This document shows positions 1-9,451 of a DNA stretch of 64,000 nt, one piece after another. Location: contig JASEFA010000001.1 of assembly GCA_030019365.1 (NCBI GenBank), forward strand, positions 334,953-398,952, written 5' to 3'. This DNA comes from Bacillota bacterium (GTDB lineage: Bacteria > Bacillota > Sulfobacillia > JACIYH01). The notes beneath the pieces are model-generated. The model worked only from the letters and a program-made list of their open reading frames with translations. It was not told where the DNA came from and ran no database searches. The translations under genes were made by a program, and so were the position numbers. Position 1 is the stretch's first letter. The number at the start of each line of letters is the position of its first letter.

Positions 1-285
1 GGTTAACGTGGCACTGACGTTCCGCGGCCGCTACTATCGCCCGGACGGGACCCGGGCCCGGGGCTAAGTGAACTGCTGACAGGAGCAGCACTCCCTACGG
101 TCGCCCGGATTGACTTGCTCGCGGGGCAAGCGGCAGCCACCGGTGTAAGGGGTGACAGCACGTGCCCGGCAACCCGAGCGGGTCGAAGGCAAAACGCCTG
201 CTCGTCCCGCCAGTCCTTCCCCTGGCCGCCATCGTCGTCGTCAAACACGAGGCTTCTGGCCGTCCGCGGCGACGGAGGGCCCGGG

Positions 286-1077
286 CTAAAGAGGGAAGCG
301 GGCCCGAGCGCCTCCGTCCACCAGAAGAACGGAACCTGTACAGAATACGGACGCGGGACCGCAGAAGAAGAGCACGGCTTCCGCCACGTCTTCGGCACGT
401 CCCCAGCGGCCAATGGGTGGGAGCGGCCAGGAGAGGTAGTCCTCGCCGGGCCGTTCCGGCTCCCCTGGTTTGAGCATGTAGCGCATGCCGGGGACGGTGT
501 CGCCGGGACAAACTACGTTTACGCGGATGCGCGGTGCCAGGTCCACGGCCAGCATCTTCCCCATCATGATCACGGCGGCCTTGCTCACCGAGTAAGCGCC
601 GATGGCGGGTTCGCCCAGCACACCGGCGTCCGAGGAGATGAGCACCACGGCGGGGTCGTCCCCCGTCAGGTGGGGGCGGGCGGCCTGGACCGCCAGGAGA
701 TAGCCCTTGACGTTGATCGCCATGATGCGGTCGAAGTCTGCTTCCCCGGTGTCGATGAGGGGTGCCACCAGGCCTACGCCGGCGTTGGCCACCAGGATGT
801 CGATCCTCCCCCACCGGGCGGCCACCTCGGCCATGGCCTGCTCCGTCTGCGTGCGCGAGCTGGCTTCGGCGGCAAGGAACATGACATCGACCGCTTCGGC
901 GGCCAGTTGATCCCGGGCCCGTGCCCCGCGCTGACGATCCCGCCCCGTTATGGCCACCCGTACGCCTTCCCGGCCGAGGCGCCGCGCCGTCGCCAGTCCG
1001 ATGCCAGAGGTACCGCCTGTGATTACCGCCACCTTCCCAGCCAAGACCTTTGACATTGAGGTCTCCAGGCGGCTCAT
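286..1077 (-). CDS. SDR family short-chain dehydrogenase/reductase
   Basis: N-terminal Rossmann motif 'VITGGTSGIGLA', SDR length (263 aa) and the catalytic-region pattern 'YSVSKAA'. The 4-nt overlap with the upstream gene suggests an operon. Confidence 0.85.
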   Translation of the reverse strand: MSRLETSMSKVLAGKVAVITGGTSGIGLATARRLGREGVRVAITGRDRQRGARARDQLAAEAVDVMFLAAEASSRTQTEQAMAEVAARWGRIDILVANAGVGLVAPLIDTGEADFDRIMAINVKGYLLAVQAARPHLTGDDPAVVLISSDAGVLGEPAIGAYSVSKAAVIMMGKMLAVDLAPRIRVNVVCPGDTVPGMRYMLKPGEPERPGEDYLSWPLPPIGRWGRAEDVAEAVLFFCGPASVFCTGSVLLVDGGARARFPL

Positions 1078-2345
1078 GCGGCCAGGTACGATTGCAGGGC
1101 GGCGATGAGGCGCTCGACCTCCTCGGGGGTGTTATAGGGCGCCATCCCCACCCGCACCAGGCCCCCGCTGTCGCGCAGGCCCAGCCTTTCCACCAGCGTG
1201 GTGGCGTAGAAGTCCCCCGCCCACACGAACAGGCCGCGGGATCCCAGGTAGGCGGCCACCCGCGCGGGGTGATGACCGGCCACCGTGAAAGATACGGTGG
1301 GCGTACGTTCTTCGCCAGGTCCCGGACCGTAGATGGTGATGCCCGGCAGGTCGGCGAGGGCGTCCAGGAGTCGCCCGGCCAGCATCCCCTCATACTCCCC
1401 GATGGCGGCCATAGCGTGCAGTATCGCCTGGCGGCGCCCGGGCACCGGTTCACCGGCCACGTGCTCCCCCAGCCAGGCGATGAAGTCCACGGCGGCGGCG
1501 GCGCCGGCCAGCCCCTCGTGGTTGAGGGTGCCGGCCTCGATCTTCTCGGGGGGCTCGGAGGACTGGGGGCGAACGCGATAGGCCTTCAGGCGGGTGAAGG
1601 CCTCCCTCCTGCCGTAGAGGACGCCCACGTGGGGTCCGAAGAACTTGTATGCCGAGCAGAGCAGGAAATCCGCGCCCAGGGCATGGCAGTCGATGGGGCC
1701 GTGGGGGGCGTAGTGCACGGCGTCCACCACGGTGGTCGCCCCCACCTGCCCGGCCAGGCGGATGGCCTCGCGCACGTCGTTGATGGTACCCACGGCATTG
1801 GAGGCGTAACCGATGGCCAGGACGCGGGTACTGGGTCCCACCAGGGAGGCCAGTTGGTCCACGTCCAGGGTGCAGCGCGGAGAGATCACCGGGACCGCCC
1901 GCACCACTATCCCCCGCTCCTGCAGCGCCCGCCAGGGGGAGATGTTGGCCTCGTGGTCGAGGTCGGTCACCACCACCTCGTCGCCGGGTACCAGGTCTCG
2001 GGCCAGGGCCTGCGACAGGGCGAAGTTGAGGGTGGTCATGTTGGCGCCGAAGGCGATTTCGTCGGGGTCGGCCCCCAGGAAATCGGCCATGGCCTCCCGG
2101 GCCTGCCGGATCACACCGTCGGTGGCCCGGCTGGTGGCGAAGTGACCGTGGGTGTTGGAGTTCTTCTCGCTGAGGTAATCGCTCATGGCCGCGATTACGG
2201 TGTCGGGCACCTGGGTGCCGCCCGGCCCGTCGAAGAAGGCGACCGGATGGCCGTCCACGCGCAACCCCAGGGCCGGAAAGCGCGGGCGGCAGATGCGGGC
2301 CAGGTCCGGAGGTTCTGCCCCGGCAGGATGCGGCAAGAGGACCAC
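1074..2345 (-). CDS. class-V aminotransferase / cysteine desulfurase-like PLP enzyme
   Basis: 423 aa with the 'SAYKFFGPHVGVLYG' PLP-lysine region typical of the cysteine desulfurase/selenocysteine lyase family. Domain order matches CsdA/SufS-like proteins. Confidence 0.8.
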   Translation of the reverse strand: MVLLPHPAGAEPPDLARICRPRFPALGLRVDGHPVAFFDGPGGTQVPDTVIAAMSDYLSEKNSNTHGHFATSRATDGVIRQAREAMADFLGADPDEIAFGANMTTLNFALSQALARDLVPGDEVVVTDLDHEANISPWRALQERGIVVRAVPVISPRCTLDVDQLASLVGPSTRVLAIGYASNAVGTINDVREAIRLAGQVGATTVVDAVHYAPHGPIDCHALGADFLLCSAYKFFGPHVGVLYGRREAFTRLKAYRVRPQSSEPPEKIEAGTLNHEGLAGAAAAVDFIAWLGEHVAGEPVPGRRQAILHAMAAIGEYEGMLAGRLLDALADLPGITIYGPGPGEERTPTVSFTVAGHHPARVAAYLGSRGLFVWAGDFYATTLVERLGLRDSGGLVRVGMAPYNTPEEVERLIAALQSYLAA

Positions 2346-2459
2346 TTCCCTTCTGCTTCATTGCGGTAGCCGATTCATTACGGCAGCAGGAAATTCTCTC
2401 CCGGCCGCCGCTTCCCCTTCCTGCCGGCCTGCCGATGGGTGCGGGGATTCAGTCGCTGC

Positions 2460-3695
2460 CTAACCGGCTGTGGCCAGCTCGGTGGCCCGGCTGGCCAGCC
2501 CCAGGGCACGGTGGGCATCTTCCAGGGTGACAGCTGGGCGCCGGCCGGATTCGAGCAGGCAGGTGGCCAGGTCCTCCAGACCGGCCCGGATGGCACGGCG
2601 GTAAATGGCCGTACGATCCGGATACTCGATCGCCAGGCGTGCCCGGTAACGCAGCACTGCCTCCGGCACAGGTGAGCCACCGGCCTCCCCTCCCCCCGGC
2701 GGGCCGCCCTCCTCCCCCGCCCAGGCGGGATCGCGGTCCGGCTGGGGTGGCTCGACGGGGTCCACCGCCCGCCCCAGGCACTCCTCCAGCCAGCGGGCTT
2801 CGCGTTCCGTCACCAGCACCTCGCCCCGCAGGGCTGTGGGTATCCACCCCTCCATGTCCAGGAAGCCGCGGTGCAGTACCAGGTGCCAGTCTGCCCGCTC
2901 GAACCGCTCCACCGTGGTGAAGGAGTGGTAGTAGGTGGCCAGCACCGGCGAAGGGGAACCCCCGTGCAGGCAGGTGCAAAGGACCCGATCCACAGGGGCG
3001 TCTTTCCACCGGGTGCGGCGGAGGGCGAGGGCGTCCCTGACCTCCCCCATCCCGAACCACCAGTTGCCCATGTCAAAGAAGTGAACACCATGCTCCACGA
3101 AGATGCCGCCCGAGAGAGCCGGGTTCCAGAACCAGTGACCCTCGGGAAGCCGCTCGTCGTGAGCCACGTTTTCCAGCACCGCCCTTTCCACCGGTCCCAG
3201 CACCCCGCTGCCCACAATGCGCGCCACCAGGGCGGCCAGGGGGGTGCAGCGGAGGACGAAGTCCACCGATGCCGGGACACCCGCCCGCCCGGCCAGGGCG
3301 GCCAGCTCCTCCATCTCCGCAGGCCGCAGCGCCCCGGGCTTCTCCAGGAACACGGCCTTGCCCTGCTCCAGGGCCAGCCTGGCCAGGGGGTAATGGAGGT
3401 AAGGCGGCGCCAGTACCCACACCAGGTCGACGTCGGGGTCCCGGCAGACCTCGGCACCGTCTTCATAAACCCGTACCGCCGGCTCGACTGGCCGGGTGGC
3501 CAGCGAAGCCGTCGCCCCCACGGGCAGGCCGCCGCGTTCGTGCCAGACGCGCACCGCTTGCAGGCGGCACTCTTCGCGGGGGTCGGCTACCGCCACCAGC
3601 GAGATCAGCGGCAAATCAGCCACCGCACCCAGGGCAAAGCGCGCGAAAGACCCGCAGCCCACCAGGCCGATGCGGACGGGACCCGGTCGCGTCAC
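2460..3695 (-). CDS. Gfo/Idh/MocA family oxidoreductase
   Basis: N-terminal 'VRIGLVGCGSFARFA' NAD(P)-binding Rossmann start typical of the Gfo/Idh/MocA family. The C-terminal half is divergent. End overlaps the downstream gene by 4 nt. Confidence 0.65.
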   Translation of the reverse strand: MTRPGPVRIGLVGCGSFARFALGAVADLPLISLVAVADPREECRLQAVRVWHERGGLPVGATASLATRPVEPAVRVYEDGAEVCRDPDVDLVWVLAPPYLHYPLARLALEQGKAVFLEKPGALRPAEMEELAALAGRAGVPASVDFVLRCTPLAALVARIVGSGVLGPVERAVLENVAHDERLPEGHWFWNPALSGGIFVEHGVHFFDMGNWWFGMGEVRDALALRRTRWKDAPVDRVLCTCLHGGSPSPVLATYYHSFTTVERFERADWHLVLHRGFLDMEGWIPTALRGEVLVTEREARWLEECLGRAVDPVEPPQPDRDPAWAGEEGGPPGGGEAGGSPVPEAVLRYRARLAIEYPDRTAIYRRAIRAGLEDLATCLLESGRRPAVTLEDAHRALGLASRATELATAG

Positions 3696-4903
3696 ACGTG
3701 CACCCCCCGGGCAGCATAGTGAGCGTAGCGGGCCGGGTCTCGGGCACGGCGTTGCGCCCAGCGGTAGATGTCCAGGTGACGGCGGGCCACGCGATCCCAG
3801 GCGATGACTCCGGTCACGTACCTGCGGGCCGCCCGGGAAAGCCGGCGGCGCAGGCTGGCGTCCCGTATGAGGCGCACGATGGCCTGCTCCAGTTCCTCGT
3901 CATCGCGCACCAGGAGTCCGGCCCGGCTCGCCTCCACCGAGGACTTGAGCCCCTCAATGGCGGACACCACCACGGGCAGGCCCACCTGGTAGGCGTGGGC
4001 CAGGTTGCCGGATTGGGTGGCATACGTGTACGGCAACACCATCAGGTCGAAGGCGGACAGGATGGCCAGGTAGCGGTCGGGCGAGAAGGTGCCCAGCACC
4101 ACCCGGATGGATTGGGCGGCGGGTGACTCTCGGGCCAGGGAGAGGTAGTCCTGCCGCACCCGGGGGCCCGCCGGGCTGCCCGGGCGCGCCTCCCCTGCCA
4201 GGACCAGCACTGCCCCGGGACACTCTCTGCTGACGTGGGGCCACAGGCGCAGCACACGGTCGAATCCTTTGTTGGGCTCCAACCAGCCCATCATCCCCAC
4301 CGCTACGGCTCTCTCCCCCACCCCGATCTCGTGCCGCACCTGCCGGCGGGCCGGGGCCGGAGGACGCTCCCGCCCGGCGCCGTGGGGGACCACGAACACG
4401 TTGTCGGGCACCCGCCCCAGGTTGTAGGGAAGGTGAGTCTTCTGGATGGGCTCGTGCACGATGTTGGCTGCCGCCAGGGACATCATGTGGTCGTAGTAAA
4501 CGGCCTCCGGGTGAGTGAGGTGGGTGAACACCGAGTGGTAGGTGACCACCACCGGGCGGCGCCTGATCTGCCAGCGGAACAGGGGCACGGCCAGACGGAA
4601 GGCATCCTCGGGGGCGAAGCTGAACTCGCCGGTGGGCAGGGGCGTGGCGAAGAGCCCGAATTCGTGCTGGATGTGTACCACGTCCGGGTCGAGCCTTTCC
4701 ACGGCCTGCTCCAGCCTCTCGGGCCAGCCGGGGTCGGCCTGGTCTATGACCGCCTTCACGCCCCCGATGGCGGCATCGGTGTGGGCCACGAGGGAAACGC
4801 GCATGCCGGCGCGTTGGAGGGCAGCGCACAGCTCGGCCGCATAGATGGCGATACCGCACCAGCGCGGCGCCCACGATGTGACCATGGCCACGTGCAGCGC
4901 CAT
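3692..4903 (-). CDS. glycosyltransferase family 4 (GT1/GT4-like)
   Basis: 403 aa. N-terminal 'VAMVTSW…CGIAIYAAEL' and C-terminal 'E…GLPVV' retaining-GT-B motifs. First gene of an apparent GT–oxidoreductase–desulfurase-like–SDR operon. Confidence 0.7.
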   Translation of the reverse strand: MALHVAMVTSWAPRWCGIAIYAAELCAALQRAGMRVSLVAHTDAAIGGVKAVIDQADPGWPERLEQAVERLDPDVVHIQHEFGLFATPLPTGEFSFAPEDAFRLAVPLFRWQIRRRPVVVTYHSVFTHLTHPEAVYYDHMMSLAAANIVHEPIQKTHLPYNLGRVPDNVFVVPHGAGRERPPAPARRQVRHEIGVGERAVAVGMMGWLEPNKGFDRVLRLWPHVSRECPGAVLVLAGEARPGSPAGPRVRQDYLSLARESPAAQSIRVVLGTFSPDRYLAILSAFDLMVLPYTYATQSGNLAHAYQVGLPVVVSAIEGLKSSVEASRAGLLVRDDEELEQAIVRLIRDASLRRRLSRAARRYVTGVIAWDRVARRHLDIYRWAQRRARDPARYAHYAARGVHV

Positions 4904-4959
4904 CCCCTGCTCCCTCCCGTGGTCCCACCTGCCCGGCCGTACCGGAATCCTGCCGCGGC

Positions 4960-5003
4960 CCCTACGGGAAGCTTACCCTGGTCCCTACGGAAGCTTACCT
5001 TGG
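4960..5003. repeat. tandem direct repeat (2 × ~22 bp, each with an AAGCTT-centred near-palindrome) in a promoter region
   Basis: 'ccctacgggaagcttaccctgg' followed by 'ccctacggaagcttaccttgg' lies directly upstream of the glycosyltransferase start (4903, minus). It is an operator-like architecture. Confidence 0.5.
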
Positions 5004-5045
5004 CCCCTGCCGCCCTCATGCGTTCCTGGCCGCTTCGGGACGGGG

Positions 5046-5285
5046 TCAGCCCCCCGAGGCGGGGCTGATCAGGAGCAGTTCGTCTGCGTCGCTCACCAGG
5101 TCGTCCTTGCTGGCCGGTCTGCCGTTGAGGAAGACCTTCATGATCAACCTGGGGTTCACACCCAGGTCGGTGATAACCTGGCTCACCGGCACCGGTTGAG
5201 GCAGGGCCACCGCATGTGCGCGGCGGCCCCCCGGGAAGAACTCAGCCACGTGTCCGTGCACGATGATGCGCGCCATACCTCTCAC
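5046..5285 (-). CDS. MoaD/ThiS-family sulfur-carrier (ubiquitin-like) protein
   Basis: 79 aa ending in Gly-Gly ('…ISPASGG'), with a beta-grasp-like pattern. The GTG start overlaps the AOR TGA stop as GTGA. A hairpin (5041–5068) covers its stop. Confidence 0.65.
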   Translation of the reverse strand: MRGMARIIVHGHVAEFFPGGRRAHAVALPQPVPVSQVITDLGVNPRLIMKVFLNGRPASKDDLVSDADELLLISPASGG

Positions 5286-7153
5286 ATCGCAGCGTGAACA
5301 GTGTCATTCGGCAGCTTATCACCCAGCGCGCGGGCCACGTCCTCTAGGCCCAGTTCCTGCAGCTTGCGCCGCGTGGGCAGGCCGTCGGAAGACCAGCCCC
5401 GCAGGCGGTAGTAGTCGTCCAGGAGGGCATCCAGGCGCTCGCGGGGGATGAACTTGCCCTGGGCCGGACCGGTGGGGACGGGTTCCTCCCACACGCGGGC
5501 GGGCGGGTAGTCCCAGCTACGCCCGAATCCCGGGATCTCCCGGACGTCGAAGCAGCGGTTCTGGTTCCAGATCTTCTCGGAGATGCGTAAGAGATCTTCC
5601 CAGGAATAGTCCCGGCCGGTGACCAGGGGGAAGATCTCCGCATAGTGCTTGAGGTCAAAGCCGATCTCCACCCACTGCAAACGGCAGAGGCCCAGGGCGT
5701 CGAAGAGGGGCCGGATGTGCTGCAGCTCGATCACCCGCTGCGCCTTACCCTCCACCTTATCCTGCCCCACCTGCACGTCGTAGGTGATGGCCCAGGCCCG
5801 GTTGTGGTGGGCGCCGATGTCACAGGTCATGTAGGCCAGCATCATGGCCGGCGCGTAGCGCGACTCGTACCCCGACAACTCCAGTCCCTTGACGTGCGGG
5901 GCGATGCGCTGCGCCTCCGGGCCCAGCTCCGCCGCCGCCTTCTTGACGCCGTCGGCCAGCAGGTCACCGATCCCCTCGCGGGCGGCGATCTTCTGTGCCA
6001 GGTAGAGGACCGCTTCCGGGTCGCCGAAGGCCAGCTCCCTCCCCACCGCCTCGCGGGAGAGAATCCCCTTCTGGTAGCACTCGATGGCGAACCCGATCAC
6101 GGCACCGCCGGAGATGGTGTCGATGCCCAGGTCGTCCAGCACGTGGTTGAGGTAGCCCACATCTTCGATGTTGCCGATCCCGCAGTTGCCGCCCACCAGG
6201 GCGATGGTTTCGTACTCGGGGCCCTCCACCCACGCTTCACCCAGGCGCGACCGGGTGAAGGAGTACTTGCCGCAGGGGGTGGGACAGCCGTGACATCCCT
6301 TGTGGGTGCGCACCAGCCGGTCCAGCAGCGCCTGCCCGTTGATCTGCCTGTACGCCTCGAAGTAGGAACTGGAGAAGTTGCGGGTGGGGAAAGCACCCAC
6401 CTCATTGACCCAGTCGGTCACGCCCGCCGTCCCCTGGGGCGTCCACTGGGCCAGCCCGGGGTTGTCGAAGCAGGCCCGGTACATCTCTTTGCCCTTCTCC
6501 CAGGCTTCCCGGGGACGGGCCAGAGGGATGGACCGCGATCCCCGCACGGCGATGGCCTTCACCTGCTTGTGACCCAGAACGGTGCCCACACCCGTGCGAC
6601 CCGCCTGCCGGCCGAAGTCGTGGCTGATGCAGGCATAGCGCACCAGCTTCTCGGCGGCGGGGCCCACGGCGGCGATCTGGAACTCCTCGCCCAGGTCGTT
6701 CTTGAGGGCTTCCTCTGCCTTAAGACAGCCCATGCCCCAGTACCGCGAGGCGTCCCGCAGCTCCACCCGGTCATCGTCGATCACCAGCAGGACGGGGGAA
6801 TCCGCGCGACCGCGGAAGATGACCATGTCGTAGCCGGCGTGTTTCAGTTCGGCAGCCAGGTGCCCGCCCATGTTGGAATCCCCGTACCCCCCCGTGGCCG
6901 GGGACCTGGTGCCGAAGTGGATCTTTCCCGAGCCGGGCAGGAAGCACCCGGCCAGGGGCCCGGAGGCCATGATGACCAGGTTATCGGGGCTCAGGGGGTC
7001 GGTACCGGGTGACAGCTCCTGCCACAGGATGCGGGATACAAATCCCCGCCCCCCCAGCCAGTTGCGCGCCAGGCTCTCCGGGAGAGGTTCTCTGCTCACC
7101 GAGCGCGAGGTGAGATCCACGCGCAGGACCTGCCCGCCGTACCCGTACAGCAT
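5282..7153 (-). CDS. aor: aldehyde:ferredoxin oxidoreductase (tungstopterin AOR family)
   Basis: ~620 aa with the AOR N-terminal 'YGYGGQVLRVDLT', the C-terminal AFOR domain and Fe-S cysteine motifs. Start assigned to the ATG at 7153, which has a GGAGGTG SD 6 nt upstream and shares 1 nt with the ferredoxin stop. Confidence 0.9.
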   Translation of the reverse strand: MLYGYGGQVLRVDLTSRSVSREPLPESLARNWLGGRGFVSRILWQELSPGTDPLSPDNLVIMASGPLAGCFLPGSGKIHFGTRSPATGGYGDSNMGGHLAAELKHAGYDMVIFRGRADSPVLLVIDDDRVELRDASRYWGMGCLKAEEALKNDLGEEFQIAAVGPAAEKLVRYACISHDFGRQAGRTGVGTVLGHKQVKAIAVRGSRSIPLARPREAWEKGKEMYRACFDNPGLAQWTPQGTAGVTDWVNEVGAFPTRNFSSSYFEAYRQINGQALLDRLVRTHKGCHGCPTPCGKYSFTRSRLGEAWVEGPEYETIALVGGNCGIGNIEDVGYLNHVLDDLGIDTISGGAVIGFAIECYQKGILSREAVGRELAFGDPEAVLYLAQKIAAREGIGDLLADGVKKAAAELGPEAQRIAPHVKGLELSGYESRYAPAMMLAYMTCDIGAHHNRAWAITYDVQVGQDKVEGKAQRVIELQHIRPLFDALGLCRLQWVEIGFDLKHYAEIFPLVTGRDYSWEDLLRISEKIWNQNRCFDVREIPGFGRSWDYPPARVWEEPVPTGPAQGKFIPRERLDALLDDYYRLRGWSSDGLPTRRKLQELGLEDVARALGDKLPNDTVHAAM

Positions 7154-7566
7154 CAGTACCACCTCCGTTCGGCGATCTCACCTTCGAGGTCGAAAACCGC
7201 GCTGCGCGGGCAGAACCTCATGCAGTCGCCGCACAGGGTGCACTTGAAGGGAACGTCGTCGTCGGGGTGTGTGCGCATGGCGCCGGTGGGGCACGCCTCC
7301 ACACAGGCCAGGCACCCGGTGCAGGCTTCCCGGTCGATCACGTAAGCGCCGTTCTCTGCCAGGGTGATGCATTCCACCGGGCAAACTTGGGCGCACTCGC
7401 CGCACTGGTCGCACACCAGGATGCGGTACCGCCCGGGAGCGGGAAACTCGCCCTTCACCACGATGGCCGACTTCTTGGGGTTCAGTTCTCCGAACAGGTT
7501 GAGCGAACACGCCATCTCGCACGTCAGACACCCCGAACAGCGTTCTTCCTTCAGCCCGATCTTCAT
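7153..7566 (-). CDS. 4Fe-4S dicluster ferredoxin-domain protein
   Basis: 137 aa with four CxxCxxCxxxCP-type motifs. It sits immediately upstream of and translationally coupled to AOR. Confidence 0.85.
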   Translation of the reverse strand: MKIGLKEERCSGCLTCEMACSLNLFGELNPKKSAIVVKGEFPAPGRYRILVCDQCGECAQVCPVECITLAENGAYVIDREACTGCLACVEACPTGAMRTHPDDDVPFKCTLCGDCMRFCPRSAVFDLEGEIAERRWY

Positions 7567-7662
7567 CCCTTACCCCCCCTGGCACCGGCATGTCCCCGCC
7601 GGCCACACTTCCTCAGGACCTGACTGCCGTCGAAGCCCAACCGGGCCCCTTGCCCATACACT

Positions 7663-7899
7663 TTACCGGCACGTCGAGCAGGACCGCGACGAGCAACCGG
7701 CGCAGCCACCGCCGGAACCGTTGCCACCGCCGGAGCTGCCGGCGGAGCCGCCTCCCATCACCCGGAAGGCGGATACCAGCCGGCTCAGGCTCCCAGAGCC
7801 GCAATGGGGACACTCCAGTCCCGCGCCGGTTTCTCCCATACGGCAAAGCGTTTCGAATTTGTGACCACAATTACTGCACCTGAACTCGTAAATGGGCAT
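7663..7899 (-). CDS. FmdB-family zinc-ribbon protein with Gly/Ser/Cys-rich tail
   Basis: Begins 'MPIYEFRCSNCGHKFE…CPHCGS', the FmdB family signature. The ORF-track start at 7968 is trimmed to this Met. Confidence 0.65.
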   Translation of the reverse strand: MPIYEFRCSNCGHKFETLCRMGETGAGLECPHCGSGSLSRLVSAFRVMGGGSAGSSGGGNGSGGGCAGCSSRSCSTCR

Positions 7900-8133
7900 C
7901 TGCCCACTCTCCTTCCGCTTCATACATCTTCTGCATTGAGTGTACTTCCCCTTCCCCGGGGCTGTCAACGCGGGCCCTCAACGGCCGCCAACGCGGGCTG
8001 GCCACGGCGGGCCTCAATGGCGCCAGCGCGGGATGCCAGCGCATTGCGGGCCCGTGCATTCATGCCATCATCCCATTTCCTGGGAAATGCGGGCGGCACG
8101 TGTGACGCTGGCGGCGGGTCCAGCAAATGACGA

Positions 8134-8161
8134 AATGACGCACCGGGGTGCGTGCACAATA
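8134..8161 (+). promoter_or_regulatory. candidate forespore (sigma-G/F-like) promoter upstream of the SASP gene
   Basis: A 'CACAATA' -10-like element (8155–8161) sits ~18 bp after a 'GAAAT' element, in a locally AT-richer island. This is by consensus resemblance only. Confidence 0.25.
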
Positions 8162-8194
8162 TCATCCGAGGAGGTGAGGAGCGTGCCCAAATTC

Positions 8195-8425
8195 ATGAAC
8201 CAGCCCAAGGTGCTCCCAGATCACGTACTTGATAACTTCAAGTACGAGCTCGCGGACGAACTTGGCATCACGCCCAAGATCCGCGACGGGTACTGGGGTG
8301 ACGTTCCTGCGCGCGAATGCGGCAAGGTGGGCGGCAAGATCGGGGGCAACATCGTGAAAGTTATGATCCGCCACGCCGAGCAGGCGCTGGAACAAAACCA
8401 GGGCCAGGGTCGCTCTAACCTCTAG
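8195..8425 (+). CDS. small acid-soluble spore protein, alpha/beta type
   Basis: Core 'FKYELADELGI…GKVGGKIGGNIVKVMIRHAEQAL' matches the alpha/beta SASP DNA-binding signature. The ATG at 8195 lies 13 nt downstream of GGAGGTGAGGAG. Confidence 0.85.
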   Translation: MNQPKVLPDHVLDNFKYELADELGITPKIRDGYWGDVPARECGKVGGKIGGNIVKVMIRHAEQALEQNQGQGRSNL

Positions 8426-8644
8426 CGAGGGACCGCCGGGCGCGGCCCTCTCGCGGGGGCGGGGTGCTCCCCCGCCCCCTCTCTGCGTCCGGTTTGCCGC
8501 CGGTGACAGCCCAGTCAGTGGCCTCGCTGCAAATGGAATTCGGGGTGCCGGGCCCGGCAGCGCTCGAGCATTCGGGGCGCATGAGTCGGCGAGGAAGAGG
8601 GTCGGCGGAATGGCCTGGGACGGTGAGGAACAGGGCGGTGCTGG

Positions 8645-9451
8645 TTGCGACCATCCGCGGGCGGGAATGGACTGCGTCCTGTTGCCTTCCTCCTTCAGGA
8701 GTTGCTCAAAACGCACACCTGGCAGCAGGTGGCGCTGGGCGCGTCATTATGCCAGGTATTTGACTTGATGCCACACGGCGGGGGACCATGCGTCTACCTG
8801 AAGGTATCAGGCCCCACGTCCGGGTGCCAAGTCAGGCGGGAACGAGACCGGTTGGTGTGGCTGCGGGGCAGGATCCCCATCCCCGAGGTGCTGGGATACG
8901 TGGAGTATGCCGGGCGGCAGTATCTGCTTACCACCGGGATTGCGGGCGTGCCCGCCTCTGACCCCTCCCTGGGAGGCAACCTGCCCCGGTTGGTGTCGCT
9001 CCTGGCTGAGGGACTGAAGCTGATCCACGCAGTGCCGTTCGAGCATTGCCCTTTTGACGCCAGGTTGGAGGTGGAGGTGGTCCGGGCGCACGGACGGATG
9101 GTCGCCGGCCTGGCGGATGAGGAGGATTTCGACCCGGTTCGTAAGGGCAAGACCGCCCGAGAGCTGTATGACATGCTCATCGAGACCCGGCCCGCCCGCG
9201 AAGACCTGGTGTTCACCCACGGTGACTACTGCCTGCCCAACGTGATCATCAACGACGGTGAGATCAGCGGCTTCGTCGACCTGGGCAGTGCCGGAGTCGG
9301 GGACCGCTACCGGGATCTTGCGCTGGCCGCCAGAAGCATCGGGGGGAACCTGGGCCTCCGTTGGGTCAGACCCTTCTTCCAGGCGTATGGCATCCACGAC
9401 CCGGACTGGGCCAGGGTAGAGTTCTATCAGCTGCTGGACGAGTTCTTTTGA
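8645..9451 (+). CDS. aminoglycoside 3'-phosphotransferase, APH(3') family
   Basis: 268 aa, apparently co-linear over its length with NptII-type APH(3'). Shared motifs are 'VFTHGDYCLPNVI', 'GFVDLGSAGVGDRYRDLALAARS' and the C-terminal 'FYQLLDEFF'. TTG start at 8645. Confidence 0.85.
   Translation: MRPSAGGNGLRPVAFLLQELLKTHTWQQVALGASLCQVFDLMPHGGGPCVYLKVSGPTSGCQVRRERDRLVWLRGRIPIPEVLGYVEYAGRQYLLTTGIAGVPASDPSLGGNLPRLVSLLAEGLKLIHAVPFEHCPFDARLEVEVVRAHGRMVAGLADEEDFDPVRKGKTARELYDMLIETRPAREDLVFTHGDYCLPNVIINDGEISGFVDLGSAGVGDRYRDLALAARSIGGNLGLRWVRPFFQAYGIHDPDWARVEFYQLLDEFF

Noticed and set aside
95-1453. 452-aa minus-strand ORF and 312-aa plus-strand ORF (115–1053) overlapping the SDR gene
   Set aside because: Pro/Gly/Arg-dominated translations typical of off-frame reading of high-GC DNA. 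The SDR frame has clear family motifs.
5645-7012. 455-aa plus-strand ORF antisense to AOR (and similar long antisense ORFs 19867–21399, 43349–44311, 49537–51897)
   Set aside because: Antisense shadows of well-supported genes with Gly/Arg/Pro/His-rich translations.
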